From assembly GCA_017449025.1 (NCBI GenBank), contig JAFSKJ010000097.1:163-64162 (forward strand): a stretch of 64,000 nucleotides of DNA, read 5' to 3'. Below are positions 39,318-51,500 of this stretch, piece after piece. The position numbers and the translations under genes were made by a program. Positions within the stretch are counted from its first letter, which is position 1. The number at the start of each line of letters is the position of its first letter. Under the pieces are notes generated by a model. That model was not told the DNA's origin. It saw only the letters and a list, made by a program, of their open reading frames with translations, and did not search any database. The stretch is from Prevotella sp. (GTDB lineage Bacteria > Bacteroidota > Bacteroidia > Bacteroidales > Bacteroidaceae).

Positions 39318-42300
39318 ATGAGTATCCTACATAATAGCTTCGCAATGCGAAGAATACTACGAACCATTTTATTGCTGCTGGCGCTGGTGGCCACCAACGC
39401 CCTGAGTGCACAGACCATCACGTCGGTACACGGAACGCTGAGCGACGACATGGGACCGCTGATGGGAGCCACAGTATGCGAAATCGACGGTACCGGGCGT
39501 ATCATCAACTCGGCCATCACCGACCTCAACGGTAACTTCACCATGAAGGTGAAGAACACCAAGGACAAGATTCGCTTCAGCTATGTGGGCTTGAAGACAC
39601 AGACCATGTCCATCGACCGCAGCACGTATAAAATACACATGACATCGGCCACGACACTGAAAGAGGTGACCGTGAAGTCGAAGCGCCGCGTACAGGGCAA
39701 CGGACTGCCCATACCGCAGCGAGAAGTATCAAGTGCCACACAGTCCATATCCATGAAGGAGTTCGAGGGACTGGCCATCACCTCGGTGGATGAGGCCCTG
39801 CAGGGACGCATCGCCGGTCTCGACATCATAGGAAACTCCGGTGACCTTGGCTCTGGCTCTACCATGCGACTCCGTGGTGCATCGTCGCTCTCGACGCTTA
39901 CCAACGCCAACCCCCTCATCGTCGTCGACGGTAACGTGCGCGAGGTGAGCCTCGACAACTTCGACATGGGTTCGGCCAACAACGAGAAGTTCGCCGAGCT
40001 GCTTAACATCAACCCTGAGGACATTGCCGACATCCGCGTGCTGAAAGATGCTGCCGCTACGGCCATCTACGGCTCACAGGGCGGTAACGGTGTCATCGAG
40101 CTTACCACCAAGCGTGGTGTGCGCGGTGCGCCAAAGCTTACTTACTCGCTCAAGCTCACGGGAACATACCAGCCCAAGGGCTACGACATGCTCAGCGGTG
40201 ACGACTACACCATGCTGCTCAAGGAGAGCTACTTCAACCCCGAGCAGAGCGATGCTGCCGCCAACATCAATGAGCTGAACTATGACCCGTCGTTCTCTGA
40301 GTACGAGCAGTACAACAACAACACCGACTGGCGTGACGCTGTCACACAGTGGGGTCTGCGCCAGAACCACTACATCACAGTGAGCGGTGGCGGTGAGAAA
40401 GCATCGTTCCGCATAGGTGGAGGCTTCGACCATGAGACGGGTACCATCATCAAGCAGAAGCTGAGGCGTTTCTCCACACGTGTAGCCCTTGACTATAACG
40501 TTAGTGAGCGCATACGCGTAAGCACCAACTTCGCACTGACCTACACGAAGAACGACATGAACTGGAAGTACAACACCAGCAATTGGGCGGACTACAAGGG
40601 TAATAATGGCGAAGGCCTGTTGGCGCTGGCCCTGCGTAAGATGCCGAACATGGGTATCTATGAGCAGGATCCCACGACGGGCTATGATACGGGTTCCTAT
40701 TACACCATGTTGCAGAATGGTAGCAGCATCTTCGACGGCGATCAGAAGCGCTATCCCAACCCCGTGGCTGTGGCCAACCTGGCCAAGAATCAGCAGACCA
40801 CCTATGACATGTCACCAGAACTGATCATTCAATACCAGCTGCTCGGCATGGACGAAGACCACTGGCAGCTGAACTGGCGCGGCTCGGTCTACATGAACAT
40901 CTTCAACGACTATTCCAACCGCTTCTACCCCCAGGAGCTGCGGTCGGTCAGCTGGAACTCTGGCGTGAACACCACCTACGACGGCTCGTCGAAGAGTGTG
41001 TCGTTCAACACCAAGCAGACCCTGACCCTTATCCCGGCATTCCCCAACAAAGACCACTCGGCAATGCTGCTCGGACGCTTTGAGCTTACCAGCGGCTCGT
41101 CGACAGGACAGTCGGAAGACAAGTCGGGAGCACCCACGGGCATCAGCACCACACAGGGCGGCGGACAGATAACCGGCCTCAGCTCATGGTACAACCAGTG
41201 GCGCTCAATGTACTACACCGTGTCGGCACACTATGCTTACAAAGGGCGATACATTGCCGACTTCACGGTGCGTGCCGACGGTACCACCAAGTTCGGGCCG
41301 AGCAACCGCTGGGGCTACTTCCCCTCGGCATCTCTGAAGTGGATTGTCAGCGACGAGACATGGATGACACCGTTGAAGCCCGTCCTCTCAATGCTTGCCA
41401 TACGTCCCAGCTGGGGCCGCGTGGGTAGCCAGCCCAACCGTGAGTACTTGTACACCTCCAAGTATGGTTCCACCGACCGCTATATAGACATGAGCGGCAT
41501 GAAGCCCAACAACATCCGCCTCACCAACCTGAAGTGGCAGATAAACACGAGCTACAACATCGGTATCGACCTCGGATTCTTCGACGACCGTCTGAACCTC
41601 GTCATCGAGGGCTACCGCTCAACCGTCACCGACATGCTCATGTCCGACTACCGTATACCCTCGAACTCTGGTTTCGCCACCGTTCCATACCGCAACAGTG
41701 GTAAGATGCGCAACATGGGTTGGGAGTTCCACATCAACACCAACCAGCTCATCAAGAAGGGTAAGTTCACCTTCGACATGAACGCCAACTTCGGTAACAA
41801 CCGCAACGAGATACTGGAGATGGACGAGTACATCCTGAGCAACCTCAACTCAACCTACGGCTACGGCAATGGCGAGACACTGCGTCGCGTACAGCTCCAC
41901 AACCCGTTAGGCGCCATCTACGGTTTCCGCTACAAGGGCGTGTACCAGTACAACTACTCCACGTTCAGCAACATGACCGACGCCGAGCGCGCACAGTTCC
42001 TTGCTGAGGGCAAGACCGCCCCGGTGGCAATGAACGCCGACGGCTCGCTGGTTGTTGACGGTCAGGGCCTGCCCGTCCGCATGATGTTCAACTACACCAA
42101 CGACACTTCCGGTAAGAACTACCGCTTCAACGGTGGTGACGCCATCTACGAGGATGTGAACAACGACGGACAGATCAATGCACTTGACATTGTCTACCTC
42201 GGCTCATCGCTGCCGAAGCTCACCGGTGGTTTCGGATTCACCTTCAGATATGGGCACTGGCGCCTGAACACGCAGTTCACGTATCGCGTGGGCAACAAGA

Positions 42301-42707
42301 TCCTGAACATTGCCCGCCTGAATGCAGAGGCAATGGTCAGCAACGACAACCAGAGCCAGGCTGTGAACTACCGCTGGCGCAAGGAGGGTGACGTCACCTC
42401 TATCCCGCGCGCCATGTATGGCAACCAGTCGAACTACAACACACTCGTCAGCGACCGCTTCGTGGAAGACGGCTCCTACCTGCGCATGGGTTACGCCCAG
42501 ATTTCATACGAGCTTGCAAAGAAGTACCTGAAGTGGATAGGACTGAACCGCATCAACTTCTATGCCAGTGCCAACAACCCGTTTGTCATCACCAAGTACT
42601 CCGGAGTTGACCCTGACATCTCTGCCAGCGGCTACGACCCCGCCATCGACCATGCCCAGACACCGCGTTCGCGTTCTTATACGCTTGGTATCACCGTGGA
42701 CTTCTAA
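39318..42707 (+). CDS. susC: SusC/RagA TonB-dependent transporter (cassette B, first)
   Basis: ALQGRIAGLD, VLKDAAATAIYGSQGGNGVIELTTKRG, terminal Phe (ITVDF); closest in-window paralog of 16943..20290. Confidence 0.96.
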   Translation: MSILHNSFAMRRILRTILLLLALVATNALSAQTITSVHGTLSDDMGPLMGATVCEIDGTGRIINSAITDLNGNFTMKVKNTKDKIRFSYVGLKTQTMSIDRSTYKIHMTSATTLKEVTVKSKRRVQGNGLPIPQREVSSATQSISMKEFEGLAITSVDEALQGRIAGLDIIGNSGDLGSGSTMRLRGASSLSTLTNANPLIVVDGNVREVSLDNFDMGSANNEKFAELLNINPEDIADIRVLKDAAATAIYGSQGGNGVIELTTKRGVRGAPKLTYSLKLTGTYQPKGYDMLSGDDYTMLLKESYFNPEQSDAAANINELNYDPSFSEYEQYNNNTDWRDAVTQWGLRQNHYITVSGGGEKASFRIGGGFDHETGTIIKQKLRRFSTRVALDYNVSERIRVSTNFALTYTKNDMNWKYNTSNWADYKGNNGEGLLALALRKMPNMGIYEQDPTTGYDTGSYYTMLQNGSSIFDGDQKRYPNPVAVANLAKNQQTTYDMSPELIIQYQLLGMDEDHWQLNWRGSVYMNIFNDYSNRFYPQELRSVSWNSGVNTTYDGSSKSVSFNTKQTLTLIPAFPNKDHSAMLLGRFELTSGSSTGQSEDKSGAPTGISTTQGGGQITGLSSWYNQWRSMYYTVSAHYAYKGRYIADFTVRADGTTKFGPSNRWGYFPSASLKWIVSDETWMTPLKPVLSMLAIRPSWGRVGSQPNREYLYTSKYGSTDRYIDMSGMKPNNIRLTNLKWQINTSYNIGIDLGFFDDRLNLVIEGYRSTVTDMLMSDYRIPSNSGFATVPYRNSGKMRNMGWEFHINTNQLIKKGKFTFDMNANFGNNRNEILEMDEYILSNLNSTYGYGNGETLRRVQLHNPLGAIYGFRYKGVYQYNYSTFSNMTDAERAQFLAEGKTAPVAMNADGSLVVDGQGLPVRMMFNYTNDTSGKNYRFNGGDAIYEDVNNDGQINALDIVYLGSSLPKLTGGFGFTFRYGHWRLNTQFTYRVGNKILNIARLNAEAMVSNDNQSQAVNYRWRKEGDVTSIPRAMYGNQSNYNTLVSDRFVEDGSYLRMGYAQISYELAKKYLKWIGLNRINFYASANNPFVITKYSGVDPDISASGYDPAIDHAQTPRSRSYTLGITVDF

Positions 42708-42753
42708 TAGGAGATAATGTTTAAATGAGGAAAAGAGAAATTATCTAATCATT

Positions 42754-44568
42754 ATGGATATGAAAACAATCAATATATGTAAAGGAACTAAGAGACTGAA
42801 GAAGATGGGGTGCGCTGCCTTCGTAGCCTTCTCACTGTCACAGTCGCTCATTTCCCTGACCTCCTGCTCCGACTTCCTTGAGATTGAGCCGCAGAACGAG
42901 ATTACCCTTGAGAAGTTCTGGACGGAAAAGGCCGATGTCGACGGAATATTGGCCGGCTGCTACTCAGGACTGCAGGACGAGGGTATCATCAAGCGCATGA
43001 TGATATGGGGAGAGTTCCGCAGCGAAAACGTCGGTATTGGACAGAACATCAATAACGACAATAACCTGGAGAAGATTCTCAAGGAAAACATCGATGCCAA
43101 GAACAGCTATACCACATGGGATGGCTTCTACGGCATCATCAACCGATGCAACACCGTGCTGAAGTATGCGCCGGAGGTGGCAAAGAGCGTGACATCGTAC
43201 ACCGACAGCGAGCTGCGCGCAAACATTGCCGAGGCAACAGCCCTGCGCGCCTTGTGCTACTTCTACCTCATCCGCACATTCCGTGACGTACCATACAGCA
43301 CTTACGCCTTCACCGACGACGATCAGGTGATGGACCTTCCTGCAACCAAGTTCGACGACGTGCTCGATTCTCTCATCGTCAGCCTCGAGGAGGTAAAGGG
43401 AATGGCCGTCAAGCGCTACCCGGTGACAAGCCCGCTCTACCAGACGGGACGAATCACCCAGGATGCCATCCACGCCATGCTCTGCGAGATGTACCTCTGG
43501 AAGAAAGACTACGACAGTTGCATCCGCTACGCCGACTTGGTGATAGCATCGAAGAAAGAGATTGCCGAGAACAACCGCTCACTGCTGCAGGGTACGTCCT
43601 CTGTCAGCAGCACGAGCAACACCGAGACCCGCTTCAACGGCTTCCCGCTCGTCAGCGACATGTCGTCCAGCAACATCTTCGGCAACGCCTACACCTCTCT
43701 GTTCGGCTATGACACCAACTACTATCTGTATGACCAGGAAATCATCTTCCAGCTCATCTTCGACGACGACCCCTACGGAAGCAACATGAAGGCCAACGGT
43801 GCTGTGAACACGTTCTACGGCAACGCCCGTTCCACCATAGGGCTGGTGGCACCGTCAGACTTCCTGCTCGACGATATCAGCAAGACGTCGCAGCGCAACA
43901 TCTTCGCCGACCGCAACAAGAAACTCGACGCACGCATGTATGAGAATGTGAACACCAACAACAAGTCCGTTCACAAGTTCACCACGCGCAGGATTGAGAT
44001 CAAGGGCGGAACGTCGACGCCTGAGCCTGACTACTACTCGCTATACTCTGAGAACCAGAACGGCTCCAACTGGGTTATCTATCGCCTTACCGACATCATG
44101 CTGCTCAAGGCCGAGGCCCTGTCGCAGAAGTTGCGCGAAGGCTCCGACCAGGAGATTGTGGAGTACAACCGCCCCATACTCGACCAGGCCTTCAGCATAG
44201 TCAACGCCGTAAACAAGCGCTCTGTGTGCCAAACGGTGCTCACCGACACCCTGCAGCGTGCCGACTATGCCACCAAGAGCCAGATGGAGACACTCGTCTA
44301 TCAGGAGCGGCAGCGCGAACTGATGTTCGAGGGCAAGCGCTGGTTCGACCTGGTGCGCATCTCGCGGCGCGAGGGAAACACACTGACGCTCAGCTCGGCT
44401 GCCATGCGCAAAGTGACTACCGGAGGCGCACTGATTGCCAACAGGCTGACCAAGATGGATGCCATATACTGGCCCTACAACTATGAAGAGCTGAAGGTGA
44501 ACAAGAACCTGAAGCAGAATCCCGCCTTCAGCAGCGGAGAGAACGAAAGCTATGCAAAGAATTATTAA
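42754..44568 (+). CDS. susD: SusD/RagB family lipoprotein (cassette B, first pair)
   Basis: Lipobox LTSCSD; WDGFYGIINRCN, YRLTDIMLLKAEA, ERQRELMFEGKRWFDLVR. Confidence 0.95.
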   Translation: MDMKTINICKGTKRLKKMGCAAFVAFSLSQSLISLTSCSDFLEIEPQNEITLEKFWTEKADVDGILAGCYSGLQDEGIIKRMMIWGEFRSENVGIGQNINNDNNLEKILKENIDAKNSYTTWDGFYGIINRCNTVLKYAPEVAKSVTSYTDSELRANIAEATALRALCYFYLIRTFRDVPYSTYAFTDDDQVMDLPATKFDDVLDSLIVSLEEVKGMAVKRYPVTSPLYQTGRITQDAIHAMLCEMYLWKKDYDSCIRYADLVIASKKEIAENNRSLLQGTSSVSSTSNTETRFNGFPLVSDMSSSNIFGNAYTSLFGYDTNYYLYDQEIIFQLIFDDDPYGSNMKANGAVNTFYGNARSTIGLVAPSDFLLDDISKTSQRNIFADRNKKLDARMYENVNTNNKSVHKFTTRRIEIKGGTSTPEPDYYSLYSENQNGSNWVIYRLTDIMLLKAEALSQKLREGSDQEIVEYNRPILDQAFSIVNAVNKRSVCQTVLTDTLQRADYATKSQMETLVYQERQRELMFEGKRWFDLVRISRREGNTLTLSSAAMRKVTTGGALIANRLTKMDAIYWPYNYEELKVNKNLKQNPAFSSGENESYAKNY

Positions 44569-44586
44569 TCTGCAACAGTGAATATT

Positions 44587-46677
44587 ATGAAACATAAAGA
44601 GATATTACGGAAAACAGCCGTTGGCGTGCTCTTAGCATTGCTCACGCCACTCAGCTCGCTGATGCTGGGCAGTTGCTCCGACGAGCCAGACGCAGAAAAC
44701 TTCTATACCTTTACGGGTAAGATGATGAGCGACTATCTCAAGAGCAATCCTGAGTACAGCGAGTTCACGGAGATTGTCGACAGGGCAGGACTCATGGACC
44801 TGCTGTCAACCTACGGGCACTATACGTGCTTCGTGCCGTCGAACGACGCAATAAACACCTATCTTAAAAAGCGCGGGCTGTCGAGCCTCGACCAGCTTAC
44901 GAACGCAGACTGCGACACCGTGGCCCGCACACACATCGTTGCCAACATGTACACCACGATGGAGATGACCCAGGACCGTCTGGCCACCGCCAACCTGCTG
45001 GGGCGCTATCTCGCCACATCCTCTGGTTTCGACAATGACAGCAACGCCGTGGTGTTCCTCGAGGGAACGGCACACATCTACTACGAGCTGAAGGACGACT
45101 CCGTGGAAAACGGCATAATGCAGCCTATTGACATGGTGTTGGAGAAGTCGAACAGCTACATTACCGACCTGCTGCGCGACAACCCCAAGATTAGCACGTT
45201 CTATGCCGCCCTCGTGGCCACAGGAGTCATCAACGAGGTGATGAAGGTTGAAGACCCTGAGTGGCAGCCTAAGGAGCACGAGAAGTACTACTACAAGTCG
45301 CACACATGGAGCGAGGTGGGCTGGGTGCCCGACACCAAGAAGTATGGCTACACCTTCTTCATCGAGCCTGACTCGCTGCTTGAGACCAAGTATGGCATTG
45401 CCAAGGGCGACCTACAGGCACTCTACAAAAAGGCATGTGAACTCTACGACCCCGTGTACCCCGAGGACGTGAGCGCCCCAGGCCACAGCTTCGACAATCT
45501 TACCGACAGCGTCAACCCGCTGCACCGCTTCATTCAGTACCACATACTTAACAAGACTGTTGCCGGCTCGTCCGACCTCACGCCTATGGAGGTGAGCATT
45601 GGCGTGGTACAAGGTGCTTTCGGATTCGACGAGACCCTCATCAATCCCGTTGACTGGCACATGACATTGCTGCCGCACACCATGATAAAGGTGGAGCAGC
45701 TCACCGTCAGGTCATACCAGGGTGAAGGCACATTACGCCAGCGCTACGTGAACCGCCGCTACGACTCGGCCTACAAGATAGAGGGCCAGCACATCGACGC
45801 CACCATTGAGTCCGACTACGTCCACGACGCCATCAACGGTCACTATTTCTACGTAAACGACATCGTGGCCTTCAGCGACGAGGTGCAGAACAAGGTTCAG
45901 AATGCCCGCATACGCATGGACTTCTCAACGGTGTTCCCAGAGGTGGTCTGCAACGGCCTCCGCTTCGAGGGAGACCCCACCCAGGACGACCCCGCCGGCA
46001 CGCCCGACGACTCTTCCACACCTAAGAACGGCCGTAACTACTACTTCCCGCTCGGCTACCTTGATGGCGTTAGCTTTACCAACTGTCACGTGGTGCTTCG
46101 CCGCCCACACATGAACTTCTGGTCTTGGCAGGGCGACGAGTGGAACCTCTTCGGCGACTATGACTTCACCTTCCGCATCCCGCCCATCCCCTATAGCGGC
46201 GACTGGCAGGTGCGCCTCGGATTCTGCGCCATTGAGACGCGCGGCGTCATGCAGGCCTACTTCGACGGTGTGCCTCAGGGCATTCCTCTCGACATGACCA
46301 AGTATCTCGACAGCGACCTGTACATTGGCGAGCGCTTCGAATTCGACGAGACCTGTGCCAAGTATGACGCCATGTCCGACGAGGAGAAGGCTGAGGAGCA
46401 GAAGCTGCTCAGAAACCTTGGTGCATACCGCGCACCGCGCTCCATCTTCCACTTCGACCAGTCGAACAAGAACTATTTCATTGGAAACAACCGTACATAC
46501 CGCCGAATCATCTGCCAGACATATATGGACGCCACGAAGGACCACTTTGTACGCCTGCGTGTGGCCAGCGACGGCAAACAGGGTAACAACAACGAGTTCA
46601 TGCTCGACTATCTTGAGCTTGTGCCTAAGAGCGTCTACGGCGTCGATGGCGACGGCAAGATGGAAGACGACCTGTAA
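44587..46677 (+). CDS. Tandem FAS1 domain lipoprotein with a C-terminal beta-sandwich (DUF5108-like)
   Basis: Lipobox LGSCSD; YGHYTCFVPSNDAI, ENGIMQPIDMV; paralog of 13216..15195. Confidence 0.85.
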   Translation: MKHKEILRKTAVGVLLALLTPLSSLMLGSCSDEPDAENFYTFTGKMMSDYLKSNPEYSEFTEIVDRAGLMDLLSTYGHYTCFVPSNDAINTYLKKRGLSSLDQLTNADCDTVARTHIVANMYTTMEMTQDRLATANLLGRYLATSSGFDNDSNAVVFLEGTAHIYYELKDDSVENGIMQPIDMVLEKSNSYITDLLRDNPKISTFYAALVATGVINEVMKVEDPEWQPKEHEKYYYKSHTWSEVGWVPDTKKYGYTFFIEPDSLLETKYGIAKGDLQALYKKACELYDPVYPEDVSAPGHSFDNLTDSVNPLHRFIQYHILNKTVAGSSDLTPMEVSIGVVQGAFGFDETLINPVDWHMTLLPHTMIKVEQLTVRSYQGEGTLRQRYVNRRYDSAYKIEGQHIDATIESDYVHDAINGHYFYVNDIVAFSDEVQNKVQNARIRMDFSTVFPEVVCNGLRFEGDPTQDDPAGTPDDSSTPKNGRNYYFPLGYLDGVSFTNCHVVLRRPHMNFWSWQGDEWNLFGDYDFTFRIPPIPYSGDWQVRLGFCAIETRGVMQAYFDGVPQGIPLDMTKYLDSDLYIGERFEFDETCAKYDAMSDEEKAEEQKLLRNLGAYRAPRSIFHFDQSNKNYFIGNNRTYRRIICQTYMDATKDHFVRLRVASDGKQGNNNEFMLDYLELVPKSVYGVDGDGKMEDDL

Positions 46678-46709
46678 CATTAGTAATTAGAAATTAGATA
46701 TTAAAGACT

Positions 46710-48545
46710 ATGATTACCAAGATAAGCAGAAGACATCTGACAGGTTTGGCATTGATCATTTGTCAGTTGTCATTTAGCACGATGTTCATGTCGTGCGCTG
46801 ATACCTGGGACGAGCACTACGATGCCGCCTCCGGCAACGGTGGCGCTCAGGAGGGCTCGCTGTGGCAGGCCATCAAGCAGAATGGCAGCCTGAGCAACTT
46901 CGCCAGCGTGGTTGAGGCCTGCGGATACGACAAGTCGCTCAACAGCAGCCAGGTGTTCACCGTGTTTGCACCCACCAACGACAACTTCTCTTCAGCCGAG
47001 GCCGCTGAGCTGATAGAGGCCTACAAGCAGGAGAAGGGAAAGGTGAACGACGAGGACAACACCGTCATCAAGGAGTTCATCCAGAACCATATTGCCCTCT
47101 ACAACCACTCCATTTCTGCCAACAGCAACGACTCGTTGGTGATGATGAACGGCAAGTACGTGAAGCTCACGTCGTCGACGTTCGGAAACACCAACATCCT
47201 GTCGTCGAACCAGCTCTACCAGAACGGAGTGCTCTTCACTGTCGACAAGAAGGCCACTTACTTCCCCAACGTGTTCGAGTACATGCGCAAGGACAGCGAC
47301 CTCGACAGCCTCAGCTCGTTCCTCTACAACGACCACTTCTACCGCATGAGGTTTGTAGAGAGCCAGAGTGTGCCCGGCGGATTCGTCGACGGTAAGACCG
47401 TCTACCTCGACTCCGTGTTCACCCAGGAGAACGACCTGTTCGACTACGACTTCCTGGAGGCCGAACTGAACAATGAGGACAGCACATATATCATGGTGGC
47501 TCCCACCAACGATGTATGGAAGCAACTCATCGACCAGTACACGCAGTATTTCAACTACGACAAAACCGTCACCGACCGCGACTCGCTGGGTTACACCATG
47601 CCGCGTTTGGCCATTGTCAAGGGAACCATTTTCAGCCGCACCAACAACAGCGACGCCCAGCTTGCCGACTCGGCATTCTCCACCAGTGCCGTGCCCTCCA
47701 GCAGTCGCAGCTATATGTGGGGCGAAAGCTTCCTCCACTACTACCAGTTCGGCGACGGCACAGGCTTTAGCCTGCACAAACCCCTGAGTGCCACTGGAGT
47801 CCTTGGCAGCGGACAGCACATAACATGCTCCAACGGCGAGGTGCTGAAGACCAGCGTGTGGAACATCAACCCGCTGAACACCTTCTTCCAGTGGATACGC
47901 GTAGAAGCCGAGAGCGCAGGAAGCATACGCGAGGTGAGCAAAGTGGAGAACACGTCAACACACGAGATGGAGGAGACTGTGACACCCCTGCCGAAGGTGG
48001 TGAACAACGACAACCAATTCTACGGCAAGATGGGCCACAACTCGTTCGTTGAGTTCGAGCCTAACCGCACAACGGTAAACCCCAGTGTAACGTTCAACAT
48101 TCCGGAGGTGCTCTCCAACATTGGTTATGACATCTATCTGGTCGTGGCCCCGGCCCTGGCTGCCGACAGCAACGCCGTGGCTGCCCAGCGCCTGCCAACC
48201 AAACTGCGCTGCACGCTGGACTTCCACGACAATAAGGGCGCAACGGTAAGCGAGATCCTGCAGTCGGCAATATCCACCACGCCCGACGTGGTTGACTATC
48301 TGCTGCTGGCTGAAGACTTCAAGTTCCCGTGCAGCACCTACGGTCTTATTGAAGACCTGACACAGGTGTCGCTCAAGGTCGAGACACGTGTGTCGAGTAC
48401 TGAGCAGCGCACAGGCAAGTTCACGCGTACCATGAGGATTGACTGCATCTTGCTTGTCCCGCATGGCGCATCCATGGTCGACGAGGAAGCCTTCTACCTG
48501 TCACCTCACGGCGACGGCCTCGTCTATGTCATCCCCAAAAAGTAA
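46710..48545 (+). CDS. FAS1 domain lipoprotein, putative surface glycan-binding protein
   Basis: Lipobox FMSCAD; FTVFAPTNDNF, QNGVLFTVD; paralog of 11567..13174. Confidence 0.8.
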   Translation: MITKISRRHLTGLALIICQLSFSTMFMSCADTWDEHYDAASGNGGAQEGSLWQAIKQNGSLSNFASVVEACGYDKSLNSSQVFTVFAPTNDNFSSAEAAELIEAYKQEKGKVNDEDNTVIKEFIQNHIALYNHSISANSNDSLVMMNGKYVKLTSSTFGNTNILSSNQLYQNGVLFTVDKKATYFPNVFEYMRKDSDLDSLSSFLYNDHFYRMRFVESQSVPGGFVDGKTVYLDSVFTQENDLFDYDFLEAELNNEDSTYIMVAPTNDVWKQLIDQYTQYFNYDKTVTDRDSLGYTMPRLAIVKGTIFSRTNNSDAQLADSAFSTSAVPSSSRSYMWGESFLHYYQFGDGTGFSLHKPLSATGVLGSGQHITCSNGEVLKTSVWNINPLNTFFQWIRVEAESAGSIREVSKVENTSTHEMEETVTPLPKVVNNDNQFYGKMGHNSFVEFEPNRTTVNPSVTFNIPEVLSNIGYDIYLVVAPALAADSNAVAAQRLPTKLRCTLDFHDNKGATVSEILQSAISTTPDVVDYLLLAEDFKFPCSTYGLIEDLTQVSLKVETRVSSTEQRTGKFTRTMRIDCILLVPHGASMVDEEAFYLSPHGDGLVYVIPKK

Positions 48546-48574
48546 TCTTATGAATCTTTAAGAATTGTATAGAT

Positions 48575-51500
48575 ATGAAAAGATATATAATATTCGGACT
48601 CACACTGCTGATGGCTTTCCCGATAAGCGTCTCAGCTCAGGATGACGACATGGAAGAAGAGGCTGAAGTAGCCGTGCGCGTCATCAAGAAAAAGCAGAAG
48701 CAGTACGACACGCGAGCAGTCTCTGGTCGTGTGACCAATGCAGCCACAGGACAGCCTATAGCCGGTGCCATCGTCAGCAGCGACGAGATTAGCGGCTACA
48801 GCGTGCTGACAGAAGACGACGGCACATACGAGCTTAAGGTTCCCTTGTTCGTCACGTCATTGTTTATCACATCGCCCGACTTCAACCCCGTGCGCCTGGG
48901 CCTCAAAGCCGACGAGAAGCAGCGCGAGGTGAGGCTCTACCCGGCAACGTTCACCGCTGAATATACACAGCAAACCAACGTGCGCGGCGACCGCGAAGCC
49001 ACCGACTTCAAGTTCACCAACTCTGTGAACATCAAGGACGAGGTGCAGAAGCAGCTCGGCGCAGAGGTCTATACCGTCACGCGCAACGGTACACCCGGCG
49101 TGGGTAGCGTCATGTTCATACAGGGCTTGAACTCGCTCAACGTCAACGCACAGCCGCTCGTTGTCGTCGACGGTGTGATTATCGACCAGCAGTACGGGCG
49201 CACATTGCTGCACGAAGGATTCTTCAACGACATTCTCTCCAGCATCAACCCCGCCGACATAGAGAAGGTTACCGTCATGCGCAACGGTACTGCCCTCTAC
49301 GGAGCCAAGGGTGCCAATGGAGTGATACTCATACAGACACGCCGCAACAAGTCGATGGCCACGCGCATCACGGCCAGCGTGTCGGCAGGAGTGACACTCG
49401 AACCGAAGTTCCTCTCTGTCATGAATGCTGAGCAGTATCGCAGCTACGCATCGGAGCTGCTCAAGAGCACCAACACCAGCATACGTACCTTCAAGTTCCT
49501 GAACGAGGATCCTACATATTACTACTATACGCAGTACCATCAGGACACCGACTGGAAGGACCTGGTCTACCATACGGCCATGACACAGAACTACGGCATC
49601 AACATCGAGGGCGGTGACGCCATTGCCAACTACAACCTTTCTGTGGGCTACGTCAACCAGCAGAGCACGCTGAAGTACAATGGCATGGGGCGCCTGAACA
49701 TACGCTTCAACACCGACATCTCGCTGACAAAGCGCATGGACATACGCTTCGATGCGTCGTTTGCCAATACCACGCGCAACATACGTAACGACGGCGCGCC
49801 GGAGAGCTACGACGAGGGAACGCCCACCGCTCCCGGATTCCTTGCCTATGTCAAGAGCCCGTTCCTCAGCCCCTACACCTACGGTCGTGGTATACTGTCA
49901 GACTCTCACTTCGACATCGACGAGGAGTCATACCTCACCGAGGCCCTGGCAAACTACAACGGCTACAACTGGCAGCTCGGCAACCCGGCAGCCATCAATG
50001 AGTACGGCGACGCCGAGAACAAGAACCGCTTCGAGAACTCTATGCTCAACCTCACGGTCACGCCTAAGTTCAGGTTCAACTCCAACCTCGCACTCTCTGA
50101 GCACTTCAGCTACAACCTGGTGAACACCAACGAGATGTTCTACATACCCATCAACGGCACACCGTCGTACTATGTCAGCTCTATCGGCGACTATCGCGAC
50201 AATGAGGTGCGCTCGATGGCATCGAAGCAGAACTCAGTCATGAGCGACACGCGCTTGGAGTGGGAGAACCGCTACGACGCGCACAACATAGCTGTCTTCG
50301 GCGGTGCACGCATCAACTGGGAAACTTATTCGTTTACCTCGCAGTTAGGCTACAACACCGGCAACGACAAGACTCCGTTCATGAGCTCCAGCCTTCTCAA
50401 CACCAACGACGACGGCACTTCCGACAGCTGGAACTCGCTTGCATGGTACGCCCAGGCCAACTACAACTACATGGGGCGCTACTATCTGCAGGCCAATCTC
50501 ACGGCTGAAGGCTCATCACGCTTCGGCAGAGACGGCGGCAACCTCCGCCTGTTCGACGCAGCATGGGGCATCTTCCCCGGTGTTCAGGCTTCTTGGGTAA
50601 TCACCAACGAGCCTTGGATGGCAAAGGTCAAGAGCATCGACTACCTGCGCCTGACGGCTGGCTTCGATGTCAGCGGTAACGACGACATCGACTACTACGC
50701 AGCACGCAGCTACTTCCGCTCAACAATGTTCCTGCACGCCATCTCCGGACTCACGTTCGCCGGCATTGGTAACACCAAGATACAGTGGGAGACCACACGC
50801 CGCTTCAACATCGGACTGGAGTCGAACATGCTCGACAACCGCCTCGGAATAAGATTCAACTACTTCCGCTCCAACACCAACAACCTGCTCACACGACAGT
50901 CGCTCGGATTCCTCTCCGGACTGGAAGAGAACTGGTCGAACGGCGGTAAGCTGCGCAACGAGGGCTTCGATGTCACCGCCACGGTAAAGGTGATTGCGCA
51001 GAAAGACCTGCAGTGGCAGTTGGGTGCCAGCGTAGGACATTACAAGAACCGCATCACCGAGCTGCCCGACGGCGCCGACCACCAGGACTACAGCGTCTAT
51101 GGCTCCACCATCCGCACGCAGGTGGGACAGGCCGCAAACCTGTTCTATGGCTACAAGGACCTCGGAGTGTTCGCTACCAATGCTGAGGCAGAGGCTGCCG
51201 CACTCTATGTGCTCGACGACAATGGCATCACGCGCAACTACTTCGGAGCCGGCGACATCCACTTTGCCGACCTCAACGGCGACCACCAGATCACCGAGGC
51301 TGACCGCACCATCATCGGCGACCCGAATCCTGACATCTACGGTAACATCTTCACAACGGCTGCTTACAAGCGCCTGAAGCTCGACGTACGCTTCAACTAC
51401 TCGTTAGGCAACGACGTCTACAACTATCAGCGCTCACAGCTCGAAGGAGGCTCTCGCTTCATGAACCAGACCACGGCACTCAACCGCCGCTGGCAGGTGG